This document shows, one piece after another, positions 1 to 9,608 of a stretch of 34,803 nucleotides of DNA; the stretch's first letter is position 1, and each line of letters opens with the position of its first letter. Both the position numbers and the translations under genes were made by a program. Where the stretch lies: assembly GCA_021149145.1 (NCBI GenBank), contig GCA_021149145.1_4322.1, one strand, 5' to 3'. The DNA is from a phage. The notes beneath the pieces are model-generated. The model worked only from the letters and a program-made list of their open reading frames with translations. It was not told the DNA's origin and searched no databases.

Positions 1-184
1 CTTGCTTATCAGCCAGCAGGGTCGAAGCTGAGCTGGTAAATAGCAGGTAATCACCTTTTTTAATATCAGCAGTGCTGGACAAAGTTAAAACAGGAGTAAC
101 AGCATTGGAAATTGCAGTTACGTTAATAGTATTTCCCCTGGAGCCTTCTACGAAGACCCGAGTGCCATTACTAAGATGGGCCAT
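1..184 (-). CDS. 5' part of probable major tail protein (runs off the left edge)
   Basis: ATG at 184-182 (MAHLSNGTRVFVEGSRGNTINV...) stays open to the window edge. It lies directly downstream of the tail-terminator-like gene in the morphogenesis operon. Function is from synteny only. Confidence 0.4.
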   Translation of the reverse strand, partial: MAHLSNGTRVFVEGSRGNTINVTAISNAVTPVLTLSSTADIKKGDYLLFTSSASTLLADKQ

Positions 185-195
185 ATATTTTCCTT

Positions 196-594
196 TTAGT
201 CAAGACGAACATAGAAACGAACTGGAATAAACCAGCCAGATTTTGACTTCACTACTGGGTGAACCACGCCGCCCTCATAAATGTAGCCTGTGTCAAGCAT
301 TGTACCATCAGTCATGGATTCTGCCAATTGATTAGCAACCCTCCTTGCACTGTCGACACCATCACCTGGTGAGAAAAAGACGGATACCTGGACCATGCCA
401 ACATAGTACTTACACTTGCGACTCAGGCTGTAGGTTACGGTATCTGCCTCTGTGTAATCGTATTTCAGCCACATACCACCATTATTGGGAGGAGAGAAGG
501 CTACGTTTTCATAGGAAATTGGATACCTGACTGGAAACGTTTTAACCAAATCAGTCACAAACCTCCTTGCTGCTAAGGATAGCTCATACTGCAT
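196..594 (-). CDS. tail terminator / tail completion-like protein
   Basis: 132-aa ORF whose start overlaps the upstream stop (TAATG). It is the last neck gene before the major tail gene. The call rests on size and position. Confidence 0.45.
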   Translation of the reverse strand: MQYELSLAARRFVTDLVKTFPVRYPISYENVAFSPPNNGGMWLKYDYTEADTVTYSLSRKCKYYVGMVQVSVFFSPGDGVDSARRVANQLAESMTDGTMLDTGYIYEGGVVHPVVKSKSGWFIPVRFYVRLD

Positions 595-1031
595 TATCTT
601 TTACTCCTTGCTTCGGCAACTGCCTCTTCGAAGTATCTTCCTAACCTGGTATTCACAACGCCAAGGACACCTGCTGGAGCTTGTCGTGACGCTCCATACT
701 CAAGGTCAGAGGCGTAATCAAGCCTGTTAGTTATGTAGATAACCTTTGTCGCTGGTGAATTAGCCACAGCTCGAGCTTGCCTTGCCAGATACCTTTTTGT
801 ATCTCCACCTGTTTTGTCGTAATCATTCAGAGACTGAGCGGCTGGGGAGTTCGCTGTAATCTGCCAGTTAGCCTTAAACCTACCAGTATCAACAGGCGAT
901 AAATCAACGATGGCGTTAGCAGCCTTAATTACAGTGCCAGAAACAATATCAGAGAAGTTATCATCAGCTCTATCAATCCAATCAGCAATACTATTCGTAA
1001 ATGTAGCCAACCCACCAATATTTCTAGCCAT
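594..1031 (-). CDS. HK97 gp10-like neck/tail-attachment protein
   Basis: Contains SPVDTGRFKANW and DYASDLEYG, which resemble the HK97 gp10 family. AAGGAGG lies upstream of the ATG at 1031; the track start at 1040 is a TTG immediately after the SD. Confidence 0.55.
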   Translation of the reverse strand: MARNIGGLATFTNSIADWIDRADDNFSDIVSGTVIKAANAIVDLSPVDTGRFKANWQITANSPAAQSLNDYDKTGGDTKRYLARQARAVANSPATKVIYITNRLDYASDLEYGASRQAPAGVLGVVNTRLGRYFEEAVAEARSKR

Positions 1032-1395
1032 AGGTAGCAACCCTCCTTAGAATTGGTCTGTAAGCCACTATAGTTCCTGTTGGTTTGACTGGCCCCGGGT
1101 CGACTACAGTGTAAGTTTCATCGCCAACTATAATCCTGTAGCCCTGCAAGATTGGGACTTCAGAAGTGAAAATTCCACGCTTGTCACCAAACTGGATATA
1201 TTCGCCATCAATATCTCTGGTTTTAATCTCCCTCACCAGCCCCTTGATTAATACAGTGCCGCCAGCTACAGGAACCTCAACGCCGTCAACAATTTCGACA
1301 CCACCTTTACCAGTATTCATCGTGAATGTACCATCGCCATCACTAAAGATATTGATGCCCGTGCGCATTAATGATTCTACTTGGGAGTAATTCAT
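1024..1395 (-). CDS. head closure / head-tail joining protein
   Basis: The ATG at 1395 overlaps the upstream stop (ATGA). The small beta-rich protein ends YRIIVGDETYTVVD..., typical of head-closure proteins. Position supports the call. Confidence 0.45.
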   Translation of the reverse strand: MNYSQVESLMRTGINIFSDGDGTFTMNTGKGGVEIVDGVEVPVAGGTVLIKGLVREIKTRDIDGEYIQFGDKRGIFTSEVPILQGYRIIVGDETYTVVDPGPVKPTGTIVAYRPILRRVATYG

Positions 1396-1787
1396 TGGCA
1401 ACCGCACTCACGCCCAGCGGACGCAATCAAACCAAATCCGCCGCCTTTCTTGCGCAGGAGATTCCAGTAAAGTCGGCCCCACGGCGTAGCTGTCAATGAT
1501 GATTGAGTTTGCGAGGTGGATTCATAGCTGATAGAAAATTCACCGCTCAGGGAGTAACTTGCCACCTTCTTGCCATAATCATCCAGCGACTCATTCTGCT
1601 TAAGCGCGCCATCAAGAAAGGCAATGTGCAGAGTGTATAGCGACAGCGCTTTATAAGCATCATCACCAAACTTACTGGTGCAGATGTATAGCTTAGCTAA
1701 CTCAAGCCATACGTCCAGCGTTTCATCTGGAATATTCTTAAGAGCAGGAACCAGCGACTTCATAAAGGCTAATGCTTGTTCGTTCAT
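1392..1787 (-). CDS. head-tail connector (DUF4054/gp6-like) protein
   Basis: GGAGG lies 4 nt before the ATG at 1787 (MNEQALAF...), so the track start at 1802 sits inside the SD. The gene follows the capsid gene, as connector genes do. Confidence 0.45.
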   Translation of the reverse strand: MNEQALAFMKSLVPALKNIPDETLDVWLELAKLYICTSKFGDDAYKALSLYTLHIAFLDGALKQNESLDDYGKKVASYSLSGEFSISYESTSQTQSSLTATPWGRLYWNLLRKKGGGFGLIASAGRECGCQ

Positions 1788-1828
1788 AAAACCTCCATAC
1801 AAAAACGGACGCCTAAGCGCCCATTTGG

Positions 1829-2074
1829 TTATTTATACTCCTGACCAGTCTGAGCTTCGTCAATGGTCTTCGGTTTTTTGCGCTTAGATTTTGATTTAAC
1901 CTCTGCGATAATCTCTTTGGTTGCCTTCGCGTCTCCATCAACCTGCAAGCGACCTTCTGCAATGAGGCTTTTAAGTCCAGCGTTGATTTCCTCAACCTCA
2001 ATGAATTCACCTGGCATGTAATTCACTCCACGAAAGGTAATCATGCACGCGCCAGTGTGTTCTAAACGAATCAT
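1829..2074 (-). CDS. hypothetical protein, lysine-rich C-terminus
   Basis: 81-aa ORF with AAGGAGAG upstream, between the major capsid terminator and the connector gene. Confidence 0.4.
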   Translation of the reverse strand: MIRLEHTGACMITFRGVNYMPGEFIEVEEINAGLKSLIAEGRLQVDGDAKATKEIIAEVKSKSKRKKPKTIDEAQTGQEYK

Positions 2075-2138
2075 TTATTGCTCTCCTTTTATTAATTGAT
2101 GATTGATTATAACCCATCATATAATTTTGGTACAGGCG

Positions 2139-2161
2139 AAAAAAAGCCCTCCGTAGAGGGC
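2139..2161 (-). terminator. rho-independent terminator after the major capsid gene
   Basis: Minus strand reads GCCCTC-TACG-GAGGGC followed by TTTTTTT, 7 nt after the capsid stop. Confidence 0.75.
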
Positions 2162-2167
2162 GATTTA

Positions 2168-3112
2168 TTAGGGGTAGGTAATGCCCTTCAGTACTGATAC
2201 AGTTAGCGGCCTATAGATGATCAAGCCCGTCGCTTTAGAGGTTACCGGGTACTTGAAATGCAAATCCTTCGGCTGGCCAGGTAGCACGTTCGTCACTTCC
2301 GGAATCTCAATACTCAGGTTGAGCGGATTTTTTTCAAATGCCAGTGCAGCTTTGTTATTAGCACCGTCGTAGTTATCCAGGCATTGCAGATAACGCAGAG
2401 TGATGCCGGAGTTATTGGTTGCAAACAACTGCGCGTAGCTGATAGAGGTGTTCGGCACCAGTTCTTGCATCAGGCGGCGAGCGGAAGCAGGCAGCAGGAT
2501 ATCAGTCGCGGTGTGAGCACCATTGGTAGCTGTTTCGATAGCATCGATAAGCGCTGTGATATCAGTCATAGCAGTAGCCGCGGAGCCCCAAACATCAGTA
2601 GCAACAACCTGGTTAACGTTCGGCGCATCGAATACGCTAGGAATGCCGTGCGGTGCAGAGCCAGACCATACCAGTTTATCGAGCAGGTTGTCATGAGCTT
2701 CAAAAGCCAAAGCCTGTTTACGAGCTGACAGTGACTGACCAGTTGCTGCGCCAGCTTTGATTTCGTCGGTGGAAATAAGGAACGCGTTACCAAAACGGAA
2801 AACTTTGCCTTGCTTCTCGGTCATGAACGCATCAACCAGCGGAAGGTCATCAGAGTAATCAGCGATAATCTGTGCGATTGCCGTTCCGTCAAACTCAGGG
2901 TACTCAAAATACTTTGCATGGGCCGGGATTTCGTTAGTTACTGGGAAGATATTAACTACGGAGTTTTCCGGATATTCTGCTTCGTACGCACGCGCCAGGT
3001 TGGCGGTCAACTGCTTGACGGTCCAGATACCAGCAGCATCAGCTTTATCTACACCCATTTGCTCAAGGTGAGCGGTGATTTTTGCTTGTTCTGCATCAAA
3101 TTTAATGGCCAT
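2168..3112 (-). CDS. major capsid protein (HK97-fold, DUF2184-like)
   Basis: 314 aa, with its own strong promoter and terminator. It follows the scaffold and decoration genes. Sequence (MAIKFDAEQAK...IIYRPLTVSVL) resembles T1-group capsid proteins. Confidence 0.75.
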   Translation of the reverse strand: MAIKFDAEQAKITAHLEQMGVDKADAAGIWTVKQLTANLARAYEAEYPENSVVNIFPVTNEIPAHAKYFEYPEFDGTAIAQIIADYSDDLPLVDAFMTEKQGKVFRFGNAFLISTDEIKAGAATGQSLSARKQALAFEAHDNLLDKLVWSGSAPHGIPSVFDAPNVNQVVATDVWGSAATAMTDITALIDAIETATNGAHTATDILLPASARRLMQELVPNTSISYAQLFATNNSGITLRYLQCLDNYDGANNKAALAFEKNPLNLSIEIPEVTNVLPGQPKDLHFKYPVTSKATGLIIYRPLTVSVLKGITYP

Positions 3113-3150
3113 TCTTGTTTATTCCTTTTCGGTTAGGTATGTACGAGTCA

Positions 3151-3178
3151 ATTATACACGAGTTTATGGCTGTTACAA
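3151..3178 (-). promoter_or_regulatory. sigma70-type promoter for the capsid gene
   Basis: Minus strand reads TTGTAA, a 16-nt spacer, then TATAAT (preceded by TG), about 40 nt upstream of the capsid ATG. Confidence 0.55.
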
Positions 3179-3220
3179 TAACATCATACATGAGGCTTAA
3201 ATCTGCCTGGCAAAATACAC

Positions 3221-3243
3221 AAAAAAAACCTCCCGAAGGAGGC
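3221..3243 (-). terminator. rho-independent terminator
   Basis: Minus strand reads CCTCC-TTCG-GGAGG followed by TTTTTTTT, downstream of the decoration-like gene. Confidence 0.75.
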
Positions 3244-3263
3244 TTGTTTAATTAATGATAATC

Positions 3264-3758
3264 TTACTTCTGCTTAACCTGAACTTCTACCAGAGGACCA
3301 TCAACGCCACCATCTTGAGCTGACATTGCGCCAACTGCGGTTGCTTTGGGAATGAATCCGCCAGCGAATGTCCAGCCAGTTGCCACGCCGCCAGCTGCGG
3401 CTGCAACAACTACGCCAGTTGAATTCACAAAAACGGCGTCACCGAAGCTTGGCGCTGCTTCAAGGTTAGTGCGCATCCAGATTCGGCCAGCGGTCATTAC
3501 GTTAACAGCCTCTTTCACTTTAGCGGTGCCACCTGGAGTCTCGTAATGAGAACGAACAACTACGCCACAAGCCGAGTTTGCAGTAATACCAGTTGCAACA
3601 ACGGTTTTGTGACCATCAGATAACAATTCTGGCGTAGATACTCTAACAGCTACACCAACAGGAATTTCAGTGGCACCGCCAACTACACACGCGCCATCGA
3701 TATTATACAGGGAGGTATCAGATACCATACCAGCCAGAGCTACAGAACGAATTGCCAT
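3264..3758 (-). CDS. head decoration / cement-like protein
   Basis: 164-aa Gly/Ala/Val-rich beta protein between the scaffold-protease and the capsid gene. The call is mainly from position. Confidence 0.4.
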   Translation of the reverse strand: MAIRSVALAGMVSDTSLYNIDGACVVGGATEIPVGVAVRVSTPELLSDGHKTVVATGITANSACGVVVRSHYETPGGTAKVKEAVNVMTAGRIWMRTNLEAAPSFGDAVFVNSTGVVVAAAAGGVATGWTFAGGFIPKATAVGAMSAQDGGVDGPLVEVQVKQK

Positions 3759-3769
3759 TATCTATCTCC

Positions 3770-4891
3770 TTACTTTTTAATTTTTGCTAAACGAGCGCGC
3801 GGGTCTAATTTCTTAGGTGAGTCGGCAGCATCAGATTTGTCGGAAGCTGCGGTTGCCTTGCGAACTTCAGCCATTTTATCAGAATCTTTGGCAATGTCGA
3901 ACGCTGCATCGATGTATGCGTCGGACTTCTCGGAAACATCAAGGCCGGAAACTTCTTTAACGTATAATACCTTAATGCCTTTAGCATCCAGGCCATCAGT
4001 CTTAACACCAGCTTCAGTGGCTACAGTAACCAGAGCGGCAAGTGCTTCAGCGTCAGCTTTGGCAGCTTTGACTGCTTTCTCGATTTCAGCTGGCATTGCG
4101 TCTACTTTGGCTTTCAGTGCGTCACGCTCAGCTTCGATGGAATCAACCTTAGCTTTCTGTGCTTCAACAGCGGAGTTAATTTTGGAGATGTGGTCTGCAA
4201 CCTCTTTAGACACCTCAACTTCAACAGAGTCAATCTTAATCTTAACTGTCATTTTGTTTTCCTTAGTATTTAAATCAACGTTGTCAGTATACGGGTTTTC
4301 TTGCTGCCCGTCCATATTTAGCTTAGCAATTCCAGCCCTACCCCTGAAGACCATAGCTAAATGGTTTACCTTAATGTCTCTCTGGATTGCGTCGAACTCT
4401 TGCCAGTCAGGGGGTATATCCAAACCCTGCGTGTTGTCAGTCCTAAGAATGTACTTACCAGTTGCCGGGTCGCCCCAACCTGGAGTTTCATCAAGAACTG
4501 CCGAGTAACCTACAGATAATTCCTTAGCGTTACCTGAGCGAGCCTCGTCAATAGCCTCTTGAGAGTATACGACAATTGGCGCAATTACCGTACTTCCTAA
4601 AGCCTCAGCTTTACCAGTTACCGAGCCGACCACTACGTCTTTAGCGTTATCGGAGTTTACAAAGACGTGGTCAAGAGTCATTGGCTTACCCTGGTAACTG
4701 GCTAGCGACTCCTCTTTGAAGACTTCTTCTGCTGGCCTGAACTCTCGAACAGTCGAACCGTCCTCTGTGAAATAAACCTGCACACCAACCCTTGCTACTA
4801 CTGGCGTATCGACGAGAAAACCATTCTCGTCAATGGTGGCTTTGAATGTTGCTGTATCAAAGCGATTCTTATACACCCCAATTCTCCTCAC
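3770..4891 (-). CDS. prohead protease/scaffold fusion (DUF2213-like N-domain plus coiled-coil scaffold)
   Basis: N-terminal region has RVGVQVY, FRPAEEVF and GKPMTLDH. The C-terminal 170 aa are A/E/K-rich coiled coil. A more likely start is the GTG at 4876, 7 nt after GAGGAG. Confidence 0.65.
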   Translation of the reverse strand: MRRIGVYKNRFDTATFKATIDENGFLVDTPVVARVGVQVYFTEDGSTVREFRPAEEVFKEESLASYQGKPMTLDHVFVNSDNAKDVVVGSVTGKAEALGSTVIAPIVVYSQEAIDEARSGNAKELSVGYSAVLDETPGWGDPATGKYILRTDNTQGLDIPPDWQEFDAIQRDIKVNHLAMVFRGRAGIAKLNMDGQQENPYTDNVDLNTKENKMTVKIKIDSVEVEVSKEVADHISKINSAVEAQKAKVDSIEAERDALKAKVDAMPAEIEKAVKAAKADAEALAALVTVATEAGVKTDGLDAKGIKVLYVKEVSGLDVSEKSDAYIDAAFDIAKDSDKMAEVRKATAASDKSDAADSPKKLDPRARLAKIKK

Positions 4892-4924
4892 TAAAATCCA
4901 TCGAATTCATCTTTCATCCTCATG

Positions 4925-5653
4925 TTATGACTCCCAATCCGGCACAGCCCAACAACGACAGCCGTATTCCTGACCAGGGAAGAGATCGTTACCGCCCAAC
5001 CTGAAGCTTAGGCCCTCTTTCTTGAAATGGGTCATTCGCTCCCTTTCATCAAGCATGCCGTGCCAAATGTAATGGGTAACACCAGCATCCTCTAGCCTCC
5101 TGCGCATGAACGTAGAGTTAATACTGGACGTGATGCCTGAGGCTATATTAGCAGTTCTCTTGCGGTAAATCTTGTACCTTTCGTTAATCTTAAGGTAGTC
5201 ACCACTCTGTATGATTGATGCAGACTGAATAAAGTCGTCCTTGATATTGTTGAGTAACTTTTCAACGGACTTATTTGATGTGTAAAGCCACTGGTTTAAA
5301 TCCGGCTGATACCAATCTTCATCTCCATTTATACCGTTAAGTCTCAAGTCCATAACTGACTGGACCGAGCCGCCACCGGTCTTGATTGCCAGCACAAGAA
5401 ACTGCGATGAATTATACCTGTATATTGACGCTCCAATTGCCGGAAGTGTAGCTACAACAGAAGCTATAAGCGCTGCTATGATTGCGTCGAGGTAATTATC
5501 TTCCTGCTCTAGCTCCTCGGCAGTGTCAATCTTAAGCCGCGTAGCTGATTCTTTCATTGCAGATATTAGCTCAGTTACCGCAACGCTAAGGTTGCGGTTT
5601 ACCTGATTCTCAATTGTCTGCGGGTACTTCCAGCGGGTCTTCACTGGTTTCAT
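4925..5653 (-). CDS. head morphogenesis protein, SPP1 gp7 / Mu F family
   Basis: C-terminal signature HYIWHGMLDERERMTHF...FPGQEYGCRCWAVP. The gene follows the portal. Confidence 0.75.
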   Translation of the reverse strand: MKPVKTRWKYPQTIENQVNRNLSVAVTELISAMKESATRLKIDTAEELEQEDNYLDAIIAALIASVVATLPAIGASIYRYNSSQFLVLAIKTGGGSVQSVMDLRLNGINGDEDWYQPDLNQWLYTSNKSVEKLLNNIKDDFIQSASIIQSGDYLKINERYKIYRKRTANIASGITSSINSTFMRRRLEDAGVTHYIWHGMLDERERMTHFKKEGLSFRLGGNDLFPGQEYGCRCWAVPDWES

Positions 5654-6887
5654 TGATTGTTACCTCTGTCTCAATTGAACCTTCACCAATCTTAACCTCA
5701 GGGGCTAATGCGCGCAAGGTATCTCGTGCTTCGTCTGCATCCATCACGCCGTTAGTGATAAGAGCAGTAATTGAATCAACGTTATTCTTCAGTGTTTCAG
5801 CGCGGTCTTTCTTCGATTCCTGAGCTAGAGGGTTAAACTCAACTGACCATTCTTGCTTGGTTGTGATGAACGGGATTAAGAACCCAAGAACTGGAAGTAG
5901 CTCTTCGTTACGCTTGCGGTCAACCAACTTATGGAATGTCTCTAGCGCTGTGTTTTGGCTAGATGATAACCCGCCAACGTTACGACCTTTGAGAATGACT
6001 TCATGGATACCACTCAGAGCAACAATTCTGTCGAACTTCTTATCGAGGAATCCATCAATCCCACCAATATCCGAGTTAAGAACGCTGTACTCTTCAGCTT
6101 CAGCGTCGATACCAATCGCGCGACCAACGCCAGAGTTATCATCAACCTGGGCAAGCCTCAACCTGGCCGCACCAAAACCTTCCGCGTCGTCACACAGTTC
6201 AGCAAGGCCTTTAGCCTTCCACACCGCCTGCTGCTTGCGGCGCAATAACTGAGTTGCCAGTTTCTCACACGTCTGATAATCCCTGATTGATTCAAGCAGG
6301 TCAGGAACCAGAACGCTAGCACCCCACCCGTCATTACCGCGACGCAATGAACTAGGAATCTTCTCGCCATCCATAATGTGAATTCGCGAGTAGTGCACAT
6401 CATAAAACATGGCGCCACCTTCTGGCGTGATGCGGTACGTTAATGGCTTACCGAATCGCACATTGCGAGGGTTTTCCTCCCTAGTCTGAACTCTTACCTG
6501 GCTACGCTCATAAACGCGAAGTGATTCAAGTTCCGCACCTTCACGTACCGGGCTAGTTAGCGCACGATTGTCCTTAACGATAGCCACAATTGCAGAGCCG
6601 CCAAATAACCTCGACCATGACCATGCGTCAGAGATTGACTCGTTAACCCTCAGGTAATCCCACCTGGACCAGAATTCACCTTCGTCATCAATACCATCGA
6701 TATGGAAACCTGCAGCGATTGCTGTCTCCGGTATGGTGTCGACGATGCGGCGTACAATTGAGTTTGATGCGTACAGTGAATCAGCGAAAGGAGGTGTAAG
6801 ATACGTGTTGCCAAAGTGCCCGTAAATCTCGCTACCATCACTGGGGCCACCAAGAAATTGCGTGGCGTATGAATCTGCTTTTACCAT
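5610..6887 (-). CDS. portal protein
   Basis: 425 aa, the first structural gene after the terminase and moron. Acidic C-terminus; size and position fit a portal (DUF1073-like). Confidence 0.75.
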   Translation of the reverse strand: MVKADSYATQFLGGPSDGSEIYGHFGNTYLTPPFADSLYASNSIVRRIVDTIPETAIAAGFHIDGIDDEGEFWSRWDYLRVNESISDAWSWSRLFGGSAIVAIVKDNRALTSPVREGAELESLRVYERSQVRVQTREENPRNVRFGKPLTYRITPEGGAMFYDVHYSRIHIMDGEKIPSSLRRGNDGWGASVLVPDLLESIRDYQTCEKLATQLLRRKQQAVWKAKGLAELCDDAEGFGAARLRLAQVDDNSGVGRAIGIDAEAEEYSVLNSDIGGIDGFLDKKFDRIVALSGIHEVILKGRNVGGLSSSQNTALETFHKLVDRKRNEELLPVLGFLIPFITTKQEWSVEFNPLAQESKKDRAETLKNNVDSITALITNGVMDADEARDTLRALAPEVKIGEGSIETEVTINETSEDPLEVPADN

Positions 6888-6902
6888 TTTATTTGCTCCA
6901 AT

Positions 6903-6923
6903 AAAAAAGCCCCATTTAGGGGC
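6903..6923 (-). terminator. rho-independent terminator closing the moron
   Basis: Minus strand reads GCCCC-TAAAT-GGGGC followed by TTTTTT. It lies 15 nt upstream of the portal ATG. Confidence 0.7.
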
Positions 6924-6946
6924 TTAGTTTAGCATAGCTTTTATGG

Positions 6947-7300
6947 TTACTCGAATTTTACTTCGAACTCGATTGATGATGTTTTCACTCCATTAAGTGT
7001 TAACTGGCGAACCTCCCTTCTGACTTCATAAAATACCTCTTTAGTTACTATGTCTTTGTTGATGAAGTATTTAATCCCAGCCTTTTCAACTTTAAAATTA
7101 TCACCTTTAACGACAAAATCGGTAGGCTCTATAACTTCGAAATCATAAACACTAAGATTAATTACGCCCAAATAGCCTTTATCATCCTTAACTTTGACGT
7201 ATTCATTATTACTTCCAGGCGTTCTTGATAAGTCATAAATCTTACCAACGGTAAAATCAAAATAACCAGCTTTTTTATACCCTTTAAATACTGCTTTCAT
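6947..7300 (-). CDS. hypothetical protein (moron between TerL and portal)
   Basis: 117-aa K/V/F-rich ORF in a visibly AT-rich segment, with its own cassette promoter upstream and its own terminator downstream. Confidence 0.6.
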   Translation of the reverse strand: MKAVFKGYKKAGYFDFTVGKIYDLSRTPGSNNEYVKVKDDKGYLGVINLSVYDFEVIEPTDFVVKGDNFKVEKAGIKYFINKDIVTKEVFYEVRREVRQLTLNGVKTSSIEFEVKFE

Positions 7301-7375
7301 TTTTTACTCCTCTCGTTTGCGTGAAGTAACTATAAGCCACCCTTGGCGGCGCGTCTTTAGCAAAACGTGCTATTT
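7301..7375 (-). promoter_or_regulatory. promoter-leader cassette copy
   Basis: Minus strand reads AATAGCACGTTTTGCTAAAGACG, 17 nt, TATAGT, then TACTTCACGCAAACGAGAGGAG and the ATG. The TAG inside the box is the TerL stop codon. Confidence 0.6.
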
Positions 7376-8989
7376 GATGCCAGCGAGGCGCATCATCCTC
7401 GATTTAGGGTCTTCTGCAATGTTCAGTACCAGGTTGACAGCCATTGTCAAACAGTCTATCTGGTCATCGTGAACATGTGAATCATCTGCCGTGAATGCCG
7501 CAATCTCCGTTAGCAAGCCATTAAGCCAAGTAGCAGACTCCGGAAGGATTACGTTACCAGCTTTAATCTGCGGCAATGCACTCATTACGCGAGTCAGCTT
7601 ATCGTTATCCGGAACGTACGGCTCGATAGGCGTTCGCATAACCCTTCCGGCTGATTGAATCAGGCCAATACCAGAGGCTTTCTTCTCGATGATGATTTTA
7701 CGAAGGATGCCATCTATCTGATTGGATGCCCTAGCCATCTTCTCGAAATCCAATAACTCAGCCTCGAGCTCAGGAGCTTCAAATTTACCGCGCCGCTGGT
7801 CAAGAAGATAAATCTTCCCATCCTTATAACCCCATAGCTGCATGACGCTAAAGTCGCTGTAACTTTTGGTTGTCATCGCAGTATCAAGGACCATAAACCT
7901 GTAATCGTACTTAGCTGGCGGTCGCAGAGTGTCGCTAATGCGTTGAAGCCAGTCTACGTTAATCAGGTTGCCGCCAAGTGCTACTGGTTCTTGCTGATAC
8001 TGGCTAAGGAATGTATAGCTATCAGAATCCCACATTGCAACCAGGTCGTGAACAGACTCCTTGCCAGGGAAATAGCTATAGTACCTAACACCATCACGCT
8101 CAATATATTCGCTTGATAGAACGTCATCAATGAATTGCTGCTTAATCCAGTCAGGAAGCGTGTCGACGTAATCCTCAGTTACGAGCGCCGGTATCTTAAT
8201 CAAGTCGAAGCTAATACCCATACCGCCATTCATCATGAACCACGTACTATCGTTCACATGAAGGCGCTGTTGGATAGAGATAATCGGCGTCGCCTTTCCT
8301 TTTACGGAGCTCGCCCTACGAGAGCGTATTGTATTCTTTAGCATCATGTGATTGTTAGCGCGAAAAACAGCAGAAAGCATGTCGGCTGGTTTGTCAAAAT
8401 CATCTAACAGTACCGCACCACTATACGAATCGGTTATATATCCACCCCTCGCGCCTGTAATTTGGCCGCCAGTGGCTTTAGAGATTGACTCAAACCTGAC
8501 CTTGCCATAGTCATCCAGGACCTGTAGCTCATCATCCTTACACGTACCAAACTTACATGGGAACAACTCCTGGAACTCAACAGACTTAATTAAGTCGCGC
8601 ACACGCTTGGAGTTACGCTTAACCAGTGAGTCAGCATACGATATATTCAGGTTCCTTACCTTTCTCAACTTAACCATTGAGTAGGCTGGGAAGTGAATTG
8701 AGGCAATCTCTGTTTTTCCGCTACCAGGTGCTATGTTGATGATGGTATCTTTACGCTCACCCGCAATAATCTCATCAATGATTCTGCAAAGGTATTTATG
8801 ATGCCAGTTTGGGATGTACCGCTCTCCCTGAGTTATCTGGAACCACACTCGCAAGAATCCCTCGAAGCTATGAGTGGATATCGCCTTAACCGCCATCTTT
8901 TCTGCTGGCGTCATTTCCTCCCAAACTAAATTAGCCATAATTTCACCAATCCAACCATCACGCCAATTAAGAATCCAGTTGTGAAGCAT
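7370..8989 (-). CDS. terL: terminase large subunit
   Basis: Walker A NIAPGSGKTE, an ATPase/nuclease two-domain size of 539 aa, and a position downstream of TerS. An alternative start is the ATG at 8938 (MANLVWEEM). Confidence 0.85.
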   Translation of the reverse strand: MLHNWILNWRDGWIGEIMANLVWEEMTPAEKMAVKAISTHSFEGFLRVWFQITQGERYIPNWHHKYLCRIIDEIIAGERKDTIINIAPGSGKTEIASIHFPAYSMVKLRKVRNLNISYADSLVKRNSKRVRDLIKSVEFQELFPCKFGTCKDDELQVLDDYGKVRFESISKATGGQITGARGGYITDSYSGAVLLDDFDKPADMLSAVFRANNHMMLKNTIRSRRASSVKGKATPIISIQQRLHVNDSTWFMMNGGMGISFDLIKIPALVTEDYVDTLPDWIKQQFIDDVLSSEYIERDGVRYYSYFPGKESVHDLVAMWDSDSYTFLSQYQQEPVALGGNLINVDWLQRISDTLRPPAKYDYRFMVLDTAMTTKSYSDFSVMQLWGYKDGKIYLLDQRRGKFEAPELEAELLDFEKMARASNQIDGILRKIIIEKKASGIGLIQSAGRVMRTPIEPYVPDNDKLTRVMSALPQIKAGNVILPESATWLNGLLTEIAAFTADDSHVHDDQIDCLTMAVNLVLNIAEDPKSRMMRLAGIK

Positions 8990-9056
8990 GTAGCTGCTAT
9001 CATGTAATACGCCAATAATGCCTTAATCAATTATATCATACCAACCCGCCATGTTC

Positions 9057-9581
9057 TTACAGTTTGCTAATCACAGACTCCAGGGCTTCCTTCATCGTTT
9101 CGACGTCGTTAGCAGAAGAGTTATTGCTTATAGTGATCTCCTGCGGTTTGTCGATTCCAAGCTCCTTGGAAATCATGCCAGGGTTAACAATGCCAGATGC
9201 TGCAAGCTGGTATTTCTGCTCGCGAATCACGGAATCAATGAATGCAATCACCTCATCATAACCAGCCGACTTCCTCCATTTCTCGATGGCGCCATGGGTG
9301 ACACCGCAGTAAAGGCAGAATCCGGTTAGCGTGAAGACTCTTGGTTTGTGCACCAGGCTCTCTTTTACCACACCCTGGAAGCTGGCTGTCTCGATTGCAT
9401 TGATTGCCTGGTCCTCAGCCCATGAGAAGTATTTCACGGCGAATTCAAATAGCTGTTCGGGTGTCATGCTTCTGTTTTTGGCTAGCGTTGTAATGTCTGA
9501 GTACTTTTTATTGTACATGGCTTTAAAGTTGCCAGAGCGGACCTTTTCTTGCGCCTGACTGGTGAAGTTTTCGTCTTTCAT
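9057..9581 (-). CDS. terS: terminase small subunit
   Basis: 174 aa immediately upstream of TerL, with an HTH-like segment (FTLTGFCLYCGVTHGAIEKW). AGGAGG lies upstream of the ATG. Confidence 0.6.
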   Translation of the reverse strand: MKDENFTSQAQEKVRSGNFKAMYNKKYSDITTLAKNRSMTPEQLFEFAVKYFSWAEDQAINAIETASFQGVVKESLVHKPRVFTLTGFCLYCGVTHGAIEKWRKSAGYDEVIAFIDSVIREQKYQLAASGIVNPGMISKELGIDKPQEITISNNSSANDVETMKEALESVISKL

Positions 9582-9608
9582 TTTGTTACCTCCTTTGTTT
9601 AGAGATGC

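Noticed and set aside
3837-4508. 223-aa plus-strand ORF, the longest unassigned ORF in the track
   Set aside because: It lies entirely antisense to the protease-scaffold gene. Its Ser/Ala/Thr/Leu-rich low-complexity sequence is the mirror image of the A/E/K coiled-coil codons. It has no SD and no genes on that strand nearby.
5614-6418. Several 69-131-aa ORFs on both strands inside the portal gene
   Set aside because: They are alternative-frame or antisense shadows of the 425-aa portal ORF, with Ser/Arg/Leu-rich composition.
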